Below are positions 8,915 to 18,324 of a DNA stretch of 32,000 nt, one piece after another. Origin of the DNA: an uncultured Alphaproteobacteria bacterium (GTDB lineage Bacteria; Pseudomonadota; Alphaproteobacteria; Rhizobiales; Xanthobacteraceae). Every line of letters starts with the position of its first letter. Position 1 is the first letter of the stretch. A model generated the notes under the pieces. It had not been told where the DNA came from. It saw only the letters and a program-made list of their open reading frames with translations, and did no database searches. The stretch lies in contig CAVZSC010000005.1 in the NCBI GenBank assembly GCA_963777755.1, positions 30,933-62,932 of the forward strand, in the 5' to 3' direction. The position numbers and the translations under genes were made by a program.

Positions 8915-8934
8915 ATGATGCATTATAGTTCAGG
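8915..8934. promoter_or_regulatory. Candidate BoxR operator / promoter of the boxC operon
   Basis: atgATGCATTATAgTtCAGG. The 10-mer ATGCATTATA (8918-8927) is identical to 7911-7920. A TATAGT -10-like hexamer lies at 8924-8929, 17 nt before the boxC ATG. Confidence 0.55.
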
Positions 8935-8946
8935 TCCGGAGCACAG

Positions 8947-10629
8947 ATGAGCCCAATCGATTTTCAGACCGATCCGAGCCGCTATCGTCACTGGCGCATC
9001 GAGATCGACGGCGAGGTCGCGTCCCTGATCATGGACGTGGACCCGTCGGGGAGCCTGTTCGAGGGGGTCGAGCTCAAGCTCAACTCCTACGACCTCGGCG
9101 TCGACATCGAGCTCAACGACGCGGTGCAGCGGCTGCGCTTCGAGCATCCGGACGTGCGCGCGGTCGTCATCAAGTCGGGCAAGGACAACGTGTTCTGCGC
9201 CGGCGCCAACATCCGCATGCTGGGCAAGGCGACGCACGGGCACAAGGTGAATTTCTGCAAGTTCACCAACGAGACCCGGCTGGCGATCGAGGATGCCTGT
9301 GCGAATTCCGGACAGGCCTACCTCGCCGCCGTGCGCGGATCCTGCGCCGGCGGGGGCTACGAGCTCGCGCTCGCTGCCGACCACATCATGCTGGTGGACG
9401 ACCGCCGCTCCACCGTGTCGCTGCCGGAGACGCCCTTGCTCGGCGTGCTGCCCGGCACCGGGGGCTTGAGCCGCGTCACCGACAAGCGGAAGGTGCGCCG
9501 CGACCGTGCCGACGTGTTCTGCGCGACCGAAGAGGGCCTGCGCGGCACCAAGGCGGTGGAGTGGCGCCTGGTCGACGAAGTGGTGCCCAATTCCAAATGG
9601 GCCGAGACGGTCGCGACACGCGCGCGCGAGCTCGCGGCGCGCTCCGACCGGCCGCGCGGCGCCAAAGGCATCAAGCTCACCGCGCTCGCACGCCGGCCGA
9701 ATGGCGACGGCGTCGTCTATTCCCACGTCGCCCTCGAGATCAACCGGCCGCGCGGCATCGCCACCCTGACCGCACGCGCGCCGGCGAACGCCGCGCCCGT
9801 TTCGGTCACCGCAGCGCATGAGCAGGGCGCCGCGTTTTGGCCGCTCGCACTCGCACGCGAGCTGGAGGATGCCATCCTCCACCTGCGCGCCAATGAGCCG
9901 GACGTCGGCCTCGTCGTGTTCCGCACGGAGGGCGAGGCCAAGGGCGTGCTCGATCACGACGCGCTGCTCGGCGAGAACGACTGGCTGATGCGCGAGGTGC
10001 GGCACTATCTCAAGCGCGTGCTCAAGCGCATCGACGTCACCTCGCGCAGCTTCATCGCGCTGGTCGAGCCCGGCACGTGCTTCGCCGGCACCCTTGCCGA
10101 GCTCGTGTTCGCCGCCGACCGCTCGCTCATGCTCATCGACACGCGCGAGGGCGACAACAAGCCGCCCGCCGCCATCACGCTGGGCGCGGCGAACTTTGGC
10201 TTCTATCCCATGGGCAACGGGCTTACCCGGCTGGAGACGCGCTTCCTCGACGATACCGACACGCTGGCGCGGCTGCGCGACAAGACCGGCACGCGGCTCG
10301 AGGCGGAGGCCGCCGACGAGCTCGGCCTCGTCACCGGCATCGTGGAATCCTACGACTGGGAGGACGAGCTGCGCGTCATGCTGGAGGAGCGCGCGAGCTT
10401 CTCGCCCGATGCGCTCACCGGCATGGAGGCGAACCTGCGCTTCGCCGGACCGGAAACCATGGAAACCAAGATCTTCGGCCGCCTGACCGCGTGGCAGAAC
10501 TGGATCTTCCAGCGCCCCAATGCGGTCGGCGAGCAGGGCGCGCTCAAGCTTTACGGCAGCGGCGTGCAGCCGACGTTCAACCGGGAAAGAATTCGACTCG
10601 TCCCGCACGTGGTGCGGCGCAAACCATAA
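8947..10629 (+). CDS. boxC: BoxC, 2,3-epoxybenzoyl-CoA dihydrolase (benzoyl-CoA-dihydrodiol lyase); large crotonase-family protein
   Basis: 560 aa with crotonase-type motifs (VVIKSGKDNVFCAGANIRML). The size is typical of BoxC, twice that of a normal enoyl-CoA hydratase. It is adjacent to boxB and a BoxR-type regulator. The assignment rests on size, family and context. Confidence 0.8.
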   Translation: MSPIDFQTDPSRYRHWRIEIDGEVASLIMDVDPSGSLFEGVELKLNSYDLGVDIELNDAVQRLRFEHPDVRAVVIKSGKDNVFCAGANIRMLGKATHGHKVNFCKFTNETRLAIEDACANSGQAYLAAVRGSCAGGGYELALAADHIMLVDDRRSTVSLPETPLLGVLPGTGGLSRVTDKRKVRRDRADVFCATEEGLRGTKAVEWRLVDEVVPNSKWAETVATRARELAARSDRPRGAKGIKLTALARRPNGDGVVYSHVALEINRPRGIATLTARAPANAAPVSVTAAHEQGAAFWPLALARELEDAILHLRANEPDVGLVVFRTEGEAKGVLDHDALLGENDWLMREVRHYLKRVLKRIDVTSRSFIALVEPGTCFAGTLAELVFAADRSLMLIDTREGDNKPPAAITLGAANFGFYPMGNGLTRLETRFLDDTDTLARLRDKTGTRLEAEAADELGLVTGIVESYDWEDELRVMLEERASFSPDALTGMEANLRFAGPETMETKIFGRLTAWQNWIFQRPNAVGEQGALKLYGSGVQPTFNRERIRLVPHVVRRKP

Positions 10630-10648
10630 GAACCAAGAGGCAGGTGCC

Positions 10649-12091
<1,443 letters not shown>

Positions 12092-12126
12092 TAGAAGGGG
12101 CGGCAGCTTTCCGGAGCAAGCGCCCC

Positions 12127-12669
12127 ATGTCGCAACGCAGCCGCTCGGACAATTCCGCCGACGAGGTGATCCTGGTCGATGCCGACGACCGGCTGGTCGG
12201 GACCATGGGGAAGCTCGAGGCGCACCGGCGGGGGCTACGCCACCGCGCCCTCTCGGTGATCGTGCGCGACCGGCACAACCGGCTGATGCTGCAGCGGCGC
12301 GCACTCGCCAAGTATCACTCGGGCGGGCTGTGGACCAACACCTGCTGCAGCCATCCGCGGCCAGGTGAAGATACGGCCGATGCCGCCGCGCGCCGGCTCG
12401 CCGAGGAGATGGGATTCGGCTGCCCGCTCACGTTGCTGTTCTCCACCCACTATCGCGCCCAGGTGTCGAACGACCTGATCGAGGACGAGCTGGTGCACGT
12501 GTTCGGCGGCCGCTTCGACGGCGCGCCCGATCCCGACCCGGCCGAGGTCGCCGAGTGGTGCTGGAAGGCCGCCGACGAGCTTGCACACGACATCGACCAG
12601 CACCCCGAGCTCTACACGGTCTGGTTCCGCAAATACCGGCAGCAATTCTGGCAGGCGATGGTGGGGTAG
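12127..12669 (+). CDS. idi: Isopentenyl-diphosphate delta-isomerase, type 1 (Nudix fold)
   Basis: LRHRALSVIVRDRHNRLMLQRRALAKYHSGGLWTNTCCSHP aligns with E. coli Idi LHLAFSSWLFN...[25 protein letters not shown] (catalytic Cys). The downstream IEDELVHVF corresponds to the catalytic Glu region. The start is uncertain: ATG 12127, or GTG 12088 overlapping the boxB stop. Confidence 0.85.
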   Translation: MSQRSRSDNSADEVILVDADDRLVGTMGKLEAHRRGLRHRALSVIVRDRHNRLMLQRRALAKYHSGGLWTNTCCSHPRPGEDTADAAARRLAEEMGFGCPLTLLFSTHYRAQVSNDLIEDELVHVFGGRFDGAPDPDPAEVAEWCWKAADELAHDIDQHPELYTVWFRKYRQQFWQAMVG

Positions 12670-12740
12670 TCGGCGGGTTGGCCGGCGCGCAGCGACACGA
12701 TAGTCTGCAACCGAACAGCCTTATGGGAGGTCGAGACGCC

Positions 12741-14321
12741 ATGCAGGAAGCCGTGCGCAAGGAAACAATCCGGCCCGCCGCGCAGGACACGCAGGATCTG
12801 CGCGGCACGCTCGCCTGGCTCAAGGCCGGGGGCGACCTGATCGAGACCGACAAGCCGGTCGATCCCGACCTCGAGGTCACCGGCCTGCAGAAGCATCTCG
12901 ACGGCGGCTGCCCGGTACTGTTCAACAACGTCAAGGGCAAGCCCAACCATCGCGTCGTCACCAACCTGTTCGGCGACATCAACGTCATCAACAGGATGTT
13001 CGGCTGGAAGGACGACGTGGAGCGCACCCGCAAGCTCGCCTACGCGATCTCGCACCCGCTGAAGCCCGTCGAGATCCCGCAAGGGCAGGCGCCGTGCCAG
13101 GAGGTGGTGATCGAGAAGCCGGACGACGTGAACCGCTATATGGTGCCGATCCGGCACACCGCCGTCGAGCCGGAGCTCACCGTCGGGTCCGGCATCCGCT
13201 GCGTCACCGGCCGCCATTTCGACGGCGGGTCCGACCTCGGCTACAACCGCATGAATTTCCGCTGGGGCAATGTCGGCACGTTCCAGATCTCACCCGGCTC
13301 GCACATGTGGCAGGTGGTCAACAAGTACTACAAGGCCGACGAGCCGGTACCGATCACCATGTGCTTCGGCGTGCCGCCCGCCTGCACGCTGCTCGCCGGC
13401 GCCGCCTTCGGCTACGCCATCATGCCGCAGGGCTGCGACGAGATCGGCATCGCCGGCGCCGTGCAGGGTGCGCCGATCCGCCTGGTCAAGGCGCGCACGG
13501 TCGATGCCATGGCGCTGGCCGATGCCGAAGTGGTGCTCGAAGGCTACGTCAATCCGCGCGACCGCCGCTTCGAGACCAAGGAGGCGGAGGACGCCGGCAT
13601 CCAGGGCCGCTTCCATTTCCATCCCGAGTGGGCCGGCTATATGGGCAAGGCCTACAAGGCGCCGACCTTCCACGTCACCGCCGTGACCATGCGGCGCCCG
13701 GAGACGAAGCCGATCATCTTCGCGCTCGGCGTTCACACGCTCGACGACCACAACATCGACACCACGGTGCGCGAGGCGACCATCTACGAGCTGTGCAACC
13801 GGCTGCAGCCGGGCATCATCCAGGACGTCGTCGTGCCCTATTGCATGACCGATTGGGGCGGCTGCATCATCCAGGTGAAGAAGCGCCACCAGATCGACGA
13901 AGGCTGGCAGCGCAATTTCCTCTCCGCCATCCTGTCGTGCTCGCAAGGGATGCGGCTCGCCATCGCGGTGAGCGAGGACACCGACCCCTATTCGATGGAC
14001 GACGTGATGTGGTGCCTCACCACCCGCGTCAACCCGCGCACCGATATCCTCAACCCGATCCCCGGCGGGCGCGGACAGACGTTCATGCCGGCCGAGCGGA
14101 TGACCGCGGGCGACAAGCAATGGACCGCCTCGAACACCCAGTTCGAAGGCGGCATGGGCATCGATGCAACCGTGCCGTTCGGCTACGAGAGCGATTTCAT
14201 GCGCCCGGTCTATCCGGTCGACCGGGTGAAGCCGGAGGATTTCTTCTCCAAGAAGGACATCGAGAACGCCCGCTCGCGCATGGTCGGCTGGGTGCATTCG
14301 CTCTCGCGCACCGGGCGGTGA
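12741..14321 (+). CDS. UbiD-family (prFMN-dependent) decarboxylase, substrate unknown
   Basis: 526 aa from ATG 12741, with SD GGGAGG at 12725-12730. UbiD-like N-terminus DLRGTLAWLKAGGDLIETDKPVDPDLEVTGL, a DLGYNRM segment and a C-terminal region like UbiD/AroY-type enzymes. The acidic EGPFG.HTGYY-type region is divergent (GRFHFHPEWAGYMG), which suggests it is not the canonical ubiquinone UbiD. Confidence 0.85.
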   Translation: MQEAVRKETIRPAAQDTQDLRGTLAWLKAGGDLIETDKPVDPDLEVTGLQKHLDGGCPVLFNNVKGKPNHRVVTNLFGDINVINRMFGWKDDVERTRKLAYAISHPLKPVEIPQGQAPCQEVVIEKPDDVNRYMVPIRHTAVEPELTVGSGIRCVTGRHFDGGSDLGYNRMNFRWGNVGTFQISPGSHMWQVVNKYYKADEPVPITMCFGVPPACTLLAGAAFGYAIMPQGCDEIGIAGAVQGAPIRLVKARTVDAMALADAEVVLEGYVNPRDRRFETKEAEDAGIQGRFHFHPEWAGYMGKAYKAPTFHVTAVTMRRPETKPIIFALGVHTLDDHNIDTTVREATIYELCNRLQPGIIQDVVVPYCMTDWGGCIIQVKKRHQIDEGWQRNFLSAILSCSQGMRLAIAVSEDTDPYSMDDVMWCLTTRVNPRTDILNPIPGGRGQTFMPAERMTAGDKQWTASNTQFEGGMGIDATVPFGYESDFMRPVYPVDRVKPEDFFSKKDIENARSRMVGWVHSLSRTGR

Positions 14322-14347
14322 ACTGATCGCCGTTCCAACCATTCGTC

Positions 14348-14453
14348 ATGGCCGGCCTTGTGCCGGCCATCTCGATAATGAGGGCACGATCGTGCCATTC
14401 GAATTGGGATCGCCGGGACAACCCTCGCCGCTTAAGGCGGCTCGCCCGGCGAT
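14348..14453. repeat. Three stacked REP-like palindromes in the convergent gap; probable bidirectional terminator
   Basis: atggccggc-cttgt-gccggccat (14348-14370). ggcacgatcgtgcc, a perfect 14-bp palindrome (14383-14396). atcgccggg...cccggcgat (14409-14453) enclosing gccgc-ttaag-gcggc. The first unit is the ..ggccggc..gccggccatgacga type that I recognise as a recurrent intergenic element of Bradyrhizobium/Rhodopseudomonas genomes. Confidence 0.6.
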
Positions 14454-14461
14454 GACGAGCC

Positions 14462-16003
14462 TCACGCACCCCTCTCCCTGCTCCACAGCCCGACCAGCGC
14501 CTTGCGGTCGAGCTTGCCGCGCTCGGTCTTGGGCAGTGACGCGCTCAGCACGATCGCCTTCGGCGCCTTGAATGCCGGCAGCACGCTGTTGCAGTAGCGC
14601 AAGAGCTCGGCAACGTCGACGCGCGAACCTGACCGCGCCACCACGTAGCTCACCACCTCTTCGCCGTAGATCGAGTCCGGCACGCCGACGGTCGCCACTT
14701 CGATCAGCTCCGGCCGCTGCATCAGCAGGCTGTCGATCTCGACCGGCGAGATGTTGACGCCGCCGCGGATGATGATCTCCTTCTCGCGCCCGGTCAGATG
14801 CAGGTATCCGTCCGCATCGAGGAACCCGAGGTCGCCGGTGCGGATGCGCCTGCGCGCGCTCACCCGGATGGTGCCGTCGTCGGCGAGGTAGCGATAGGCA
14901 TGATCGCCGAGGCCGCCGACCTCGACCGCGCCGATCTCGCCCGCGCCGAGCCGCCGTCCCTCCGCATCGACGATCGCGAGATCATGGTAGGGCAGCGGCC
15001 TGCCCACCGTCCCGAGCCGCCGCGCCTCCCCCGGGATCGCCGCGATCCAGCCGGTCTCGCTGCTGCCGTAGCCCTGCGCGACCGGAATGCCGAAGTGCTC
15101 CTCGAACCGGCGCCACTCCTCGGGCAGGAGCGGCGCCGAGCTCGACGTGATGAAGCGCAGCGTCGGCACCTTGTCGCCCAGCGCATCGACCTCGCTGTTG
15201 AGCAGCATGTTGATGGTGGTCGGATTGCCGGCCGCGATGGTCGCGCCGAACATGCGAATATGGTCGAAGAACCGCCTGGCCGAGAACCGGCGCGCGACCA
15301 CCACCGAGGCGCCGGCGCAGATCGGCGCGAGCGCGCTCAACAGCTGCGCGGAGGCCCAGTTGAACGAGCGGAAGTCGTAGATCCGGTCATCCTCGCCGAT
15401 GCCGAACCCTTCCGCCGTCGGCGCGATGTTCGACAGGTGCTCGCGGAACGTCAGCACCACGCCCTTCGGGCGAGCGCTGGTGCCCGAGGTGAACAGGATG
15501 ACCGCGTCGTGCCCCTCGTCAGAGCCATGAGCCAGGACGTCGCTGGGTGTACAGCGCGCCACCTCGCTGAAAAAACCATCGTCTCCCTCCCACCTGCCCA
15601 GCGGGAGATGCGGCGCGCCGGACGCCGCCACCAGGTCGTCGAGATCGAGCCCCGTCTCGGACAGCACCAGGCGCGGCCGCAAGTCCGGCAGAATGCGATC
15701 GAGATGGTTGCGGTTCATCTCCACGTGGATGGTGCAAATGGTCGCCCCATAGGCCATCACGCCGAGATAGCAGGCGAGGTGCTCGATGCCGTTGTTGGCG
15801 AGCAGCGCCACCCGGTCGTTGGCGCCGAGCCCGCGCGCGTGCAGGACCGCGGCGATCTGCCCGGTGACGCGGTGCAACTGACGGTACGTGATGGCGCGGC
15901 CGTCGTCGGCCGAGACGATGCAGGCCTTGTCGGGATGCCGCGCGGCCGCCCGCGCAATCCAATGACGCAGCAGGAGCGGCCCGGCTTGTTCGTTTACGCT
16001 CAT
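14462..16003 (-). CDS. AMP-forming acyl/aryl-CoA ligase (ANL superfamily), substrate unknown
   Basis: Core motifs LFTSGTSARPKGV, GYGSSETG, TGDLG, GREKEIIIRGGVNISP and LPKTERGKLDRKAL. ATG 16003 preferred; GTG 16027 is possible. Confidence 0.88.
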   Translation of the reverse strand: MSVNEQAGPLLLRHWIARAAARHPDKACIVSADDGRAITYRQLHRVTGQIAAVLHARGLGANDRVALLANNGIEHLACYLGVMAYGATICTIHVEMNRNHLDRILPDLRPRLVLSETGLDLDDLVAASGAPHLPLGRWEGDDGFFSEVARCTPSDVLAHGSDEGHDAVILFTSGTSARPKGVVLTFREHLSNIAPTAEGFGIGEDDRIYDFRSFNWASAQLLSALAPICAGASVVVARRFSARRFFDHIRMFGATIAAGNPTTINMLLNSEVDALGDKVPTLRFITSSSAPLLPEEWRRFEEHFGIPVAQGYGSSETGWIAAIPGEARRLGTVGRPLPYHDLAIVDAEGRRLGAGEIGAVEVGGLGDHAYRYLADDGTIRVSARRRIRTGDLGFLDADGYLHLTGREKEIIIRGGVNISPVEIDSLLMQRPELIEVATVGVPDSIYGEEVVSYVVARSGSRVDVAELLRYCNSVLPAFKAPKAIVLSASLPKTERGKLDRKALVGLWSRERGA

Positions 16004-16173
16004 TGCACCGTCAACCCGTCTGCCCACTATCGGCGGCGCCGCGGACAGTCTAATTTAGCGCCCGCTCCGGCGCCAGGAGCCGAGCAGAATCGAGCGGAGC
16101 ACAACGGTGGCGCGGTCGGCTGGGGAGGTCTAGAGCTCATGGTGCAGCACGTGCGAGCGGGTGCAGGGTGGAC

Positions 16174-16734
16174 ATGACGCTGCCGCTCATCGTCGGAATC
16201 AGCGGAGCATCGGGGGCGATCTACGGAATCCGGCTCCTCGAAGTCCTGAAAAGCATCCGCGTCCCTGCCCACCTGATCGTCTCCAAGTCGGCGATCCAGA
16301 CGCTCAAGGAGGAAGCCGGCAGCTCGATCGAGGCAGTGCGCAAGCTCGCCGCCGACACCTATTCCAACAGCGATATCGGCGCCGCCGTGTCGAGCGGATC
16401 GTTCAAGACGCACGGCATGCTCATCGCCCCGTGCTCGATCCGCACGCTGTCCGACATTGCCTATGGCGGAACCGACAACCTCTTGAGCCGCGCCGCCGAC
16501 GTCCAGCTCAAGGAGCGCCGACGCGTGGTGCTGATGGTGCGGGAGACTCCGCTGCATGCCGGCCACCTGCGCAGCATGATGGCGGCGACCGAGAACGGCG
16601 CCATCGTCATGCCGCCCGTACCGGCGTTTTATCACAACCCGAAGACGATCGACGACATCGTCAACCAGACGGTCGGCCGGGCACTCGACCTGTTCGACAT
16701 CGACGCCAAGATCGTCAAGCGCTGGCGCTCGTGA
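16174..16734 (+). CDS. ubiX: UbiX, flavin prenyltransferase (prFMN synthase)
   Basis: LIVGISGASGAIYG, LIAPCSIRTLSDIAYG, VLMVRETPLH and PPVPAFYH are canonical UbiX/Pad1 motifs. Start is ATG 16174 or GTG 16168. Confidence 0.92.
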   Translation: MTLPLIVGISGASGAIYGIRLLEVLKSIRVPAHLIVSKSAIQTLKEEAGSSIEAVRKLAADTYSNSDIGAAVSSGSFKTHGMLIAPCSIRTLSDIAYGGTDNLLSRAADVQLKERRRVVLMVRETPLHAGHLRSMMAATENGAIVMPPVPAFYHNPKTIDDIVNQTVGRALDLFDIDAKIVKRWRS

Positions 16735-16736
16735 CG

Positions 16737-18167
16737 ATGCGGATCGGCAAGGCGCATTTCATCGGCATCGCCGGTGCCGGCATGAGCGCGACGGCGAAGC
16801 TGCTCAAGGACCAGGGCGCCACCATCACGGGTTCCGACGAAGGCATCTATCCACCGGTGTCGGATTTCCTGCGCGAGCACGGCATCGCATGCCGCACGCC
16901 CTACGCAGCCGAAAACATTCCCGCCGACGCCGACCTCGTCGTCATCGGCAAGAACGCCAGGCTGGTCGCCGAGACCAACGCCGAAGTCGCCTCCGCCTAT
17001 GCGAGCGGCAAGACCATCATGTCGTTTCCCGAGGTGCTCGGCGCCTTGTCGGAAGGCAAGGAGACGGTCGTCGTCGCCGGCGCCTACGGCAAATCCACCA
17101 GCGCCGCCCTGCTGGCCCACTGCCTCGAAGGCGCGCCGGCCGGCGCAGCCCGCGCGCGCGACCCGTCCTGGTTCATCGGCGCCATCCCGCTGACGCCGTC
17201 GGCCAACGCGCGACTGGGAGCCGGCCCGCTGTTCGTTCTCGAGGGCGACGAGTATCCGTCATCGAACACCGACCCCCGTTCGAAGTTCCTGCACTATCAT
17301 CCGCGGCATCTCCTGATCACGCCGCTCGCCCACGATCACCTCAACGTCTTTCCCACGCCAGACGACTACGTCGCGCCGTTCCGCCAGCTGCTGACGCTGC
17401 CGCCGGCGGACGGCACGATCCTCGCATGCGCGGAAGGAAAGCTGAGCCCGGCGCTGCTCGCCCACGCCTCGCGGCCCGTCGTCACCTACGGGGTTCACGC
17501 TGGCGAGTTCTGCGCCGCCGACATCGCCTGGGGTGAGACGACGCGCTTCACCCTTATGCGGCACGGCTCGCGCATCGCCCGGATGGAGACGAGCCAGCTC
17601 GGCGAGCACAACATCCAGAACATCGTCGGGGTCGCGGCCTTCCTCCTCTCCCTCGGCCTCCTCACGCCCGATGAGATCGCGGCCGCGAGCGCGAGCTTTC
17701 GCGGCATCCGGCGGCGGCTCGACCGCAAGTCGGAGAAAACCACCATTCCGATCTTCGAGGGGTTCGGCTCGTCCTACGACAAGGCGCGCAGCGCGATCGC
17801 GGCGATGAAGCGGCATTTTCCCGATCGGCGCCTGATCGCGGTGTTCGAGCCGCACACGTTCAGCTGGCGCAATCGCGACGCGCTCGCCTGGTACGACGAC
17901 GTGTTCGAGGGCGCCGCCAAGGTGTTCATTTACGAGCCTGCCGACCAGGGGGCCGCGACACACCAGCAGATCTCGCACCAGGAAATCTTGGATCGCGTGC
18001 TCAAATCAGGCTGCGACGCCGAAGCCATTTCCGATGCCGACCAGGCGCTTACGACGATCCATGACATATTGCTGCCGAACGATGCCGTCCTGCTGCTGAC
18101 ATCTGGGAATCTCGGGGGGCTGATCGACCGGATTCCGGTCGCTGCCGAGCAGAAGTTTCCGCGTTGA
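16737..18167 (+). CDS. mpl: Mpl, UDP-N-acetylmuramate:L-Ala-gamma-D-Glu-meso-DAP ligase (Mur ligase family, murein peptide recycling)
   Basis: HFIGIAGAGMSATAKLL..GSDEGIYPPVSDFL, P-loop AGAYGKSTS and FVLEGDEYPSSNTDPRSKFLHYHPRHLLITPLAHDH align with E. coli Mpl ([50 protein letters not shown]). Start is ATG 16737 or GTG 16731, overlapping the ubiX stop. ORF-track 16161..18167 is an upstream extension across ubiX. Confidence 0.85.
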   Translation: MRIGKAHFIGIAGAGMSATAKLLKDQGATITGSDEGIYPPVSDFLREHGIACRTPYAAENIPADADLVVIGKNARLVAETNAEVASAYASGKTIMSFPEVLGALSEGKETVVVAGAYGKSTSAALLAHCLEGAPAGAARARDPSWFIGAIPLTPSANARLGAGPLFVLEGDEYPSSNTDPRSKFLHYHPRHLLITPLAHDHLNVFPTPDDYVAPFRQLLTLPPADGTILACAEGKLSPALLAHASRPVVTYGVHAGEFCAADIAWGETTRFTLMRHGSRIARMETSQLGEHNIQNIVGVAAFLLSLGLLTPDEIAAASASFRGIRRRLDRKSEKTTIPIFEGFGSSYDKARSAIAAMKRHFPDRRLIAVFEPHTFSWRNRDALAWYDDVFEGAAKVFIYEPADQGAATHQQISHQEILDRVLKSGCDAEAISDADQALTTIHDILLPNDAVLLLTSGNLGGLIDRIPVAAEQKFPR

Positions 18168-18324
18168 GATCGGGCGAATATTCGTCAAGTTCGATCTTTC
18201 GCATCAAACCATCAGCAACCACCGGCTCCAGGCCCAATTGGTCGGAAGCCCGTCCACAACCCGGTGCAGCAGGCTTTCTTAACCCTTGGGAGATCAGGAT
18301 CGCTTGGCGCACAGGGAGGACGTC

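Noticed and set aside
13094-14342. Alternative-frame ORFs (13094..14326 + and 13290..14342 -) within the UbiD-like gene
   Set aside because: They overlap a frame with clear UbiD-family similarity, and their products are Arg/Pro/His-rich nonsense typical of off-frames.
16161-16736. 5' extension of the mpl ORF across ubiX (ORF-track 16161..18167)
   Set aside because: It is out of frame over the canonical UbiX sequence. Mpl homology begins at MRIGKAHFIGIAGAG.
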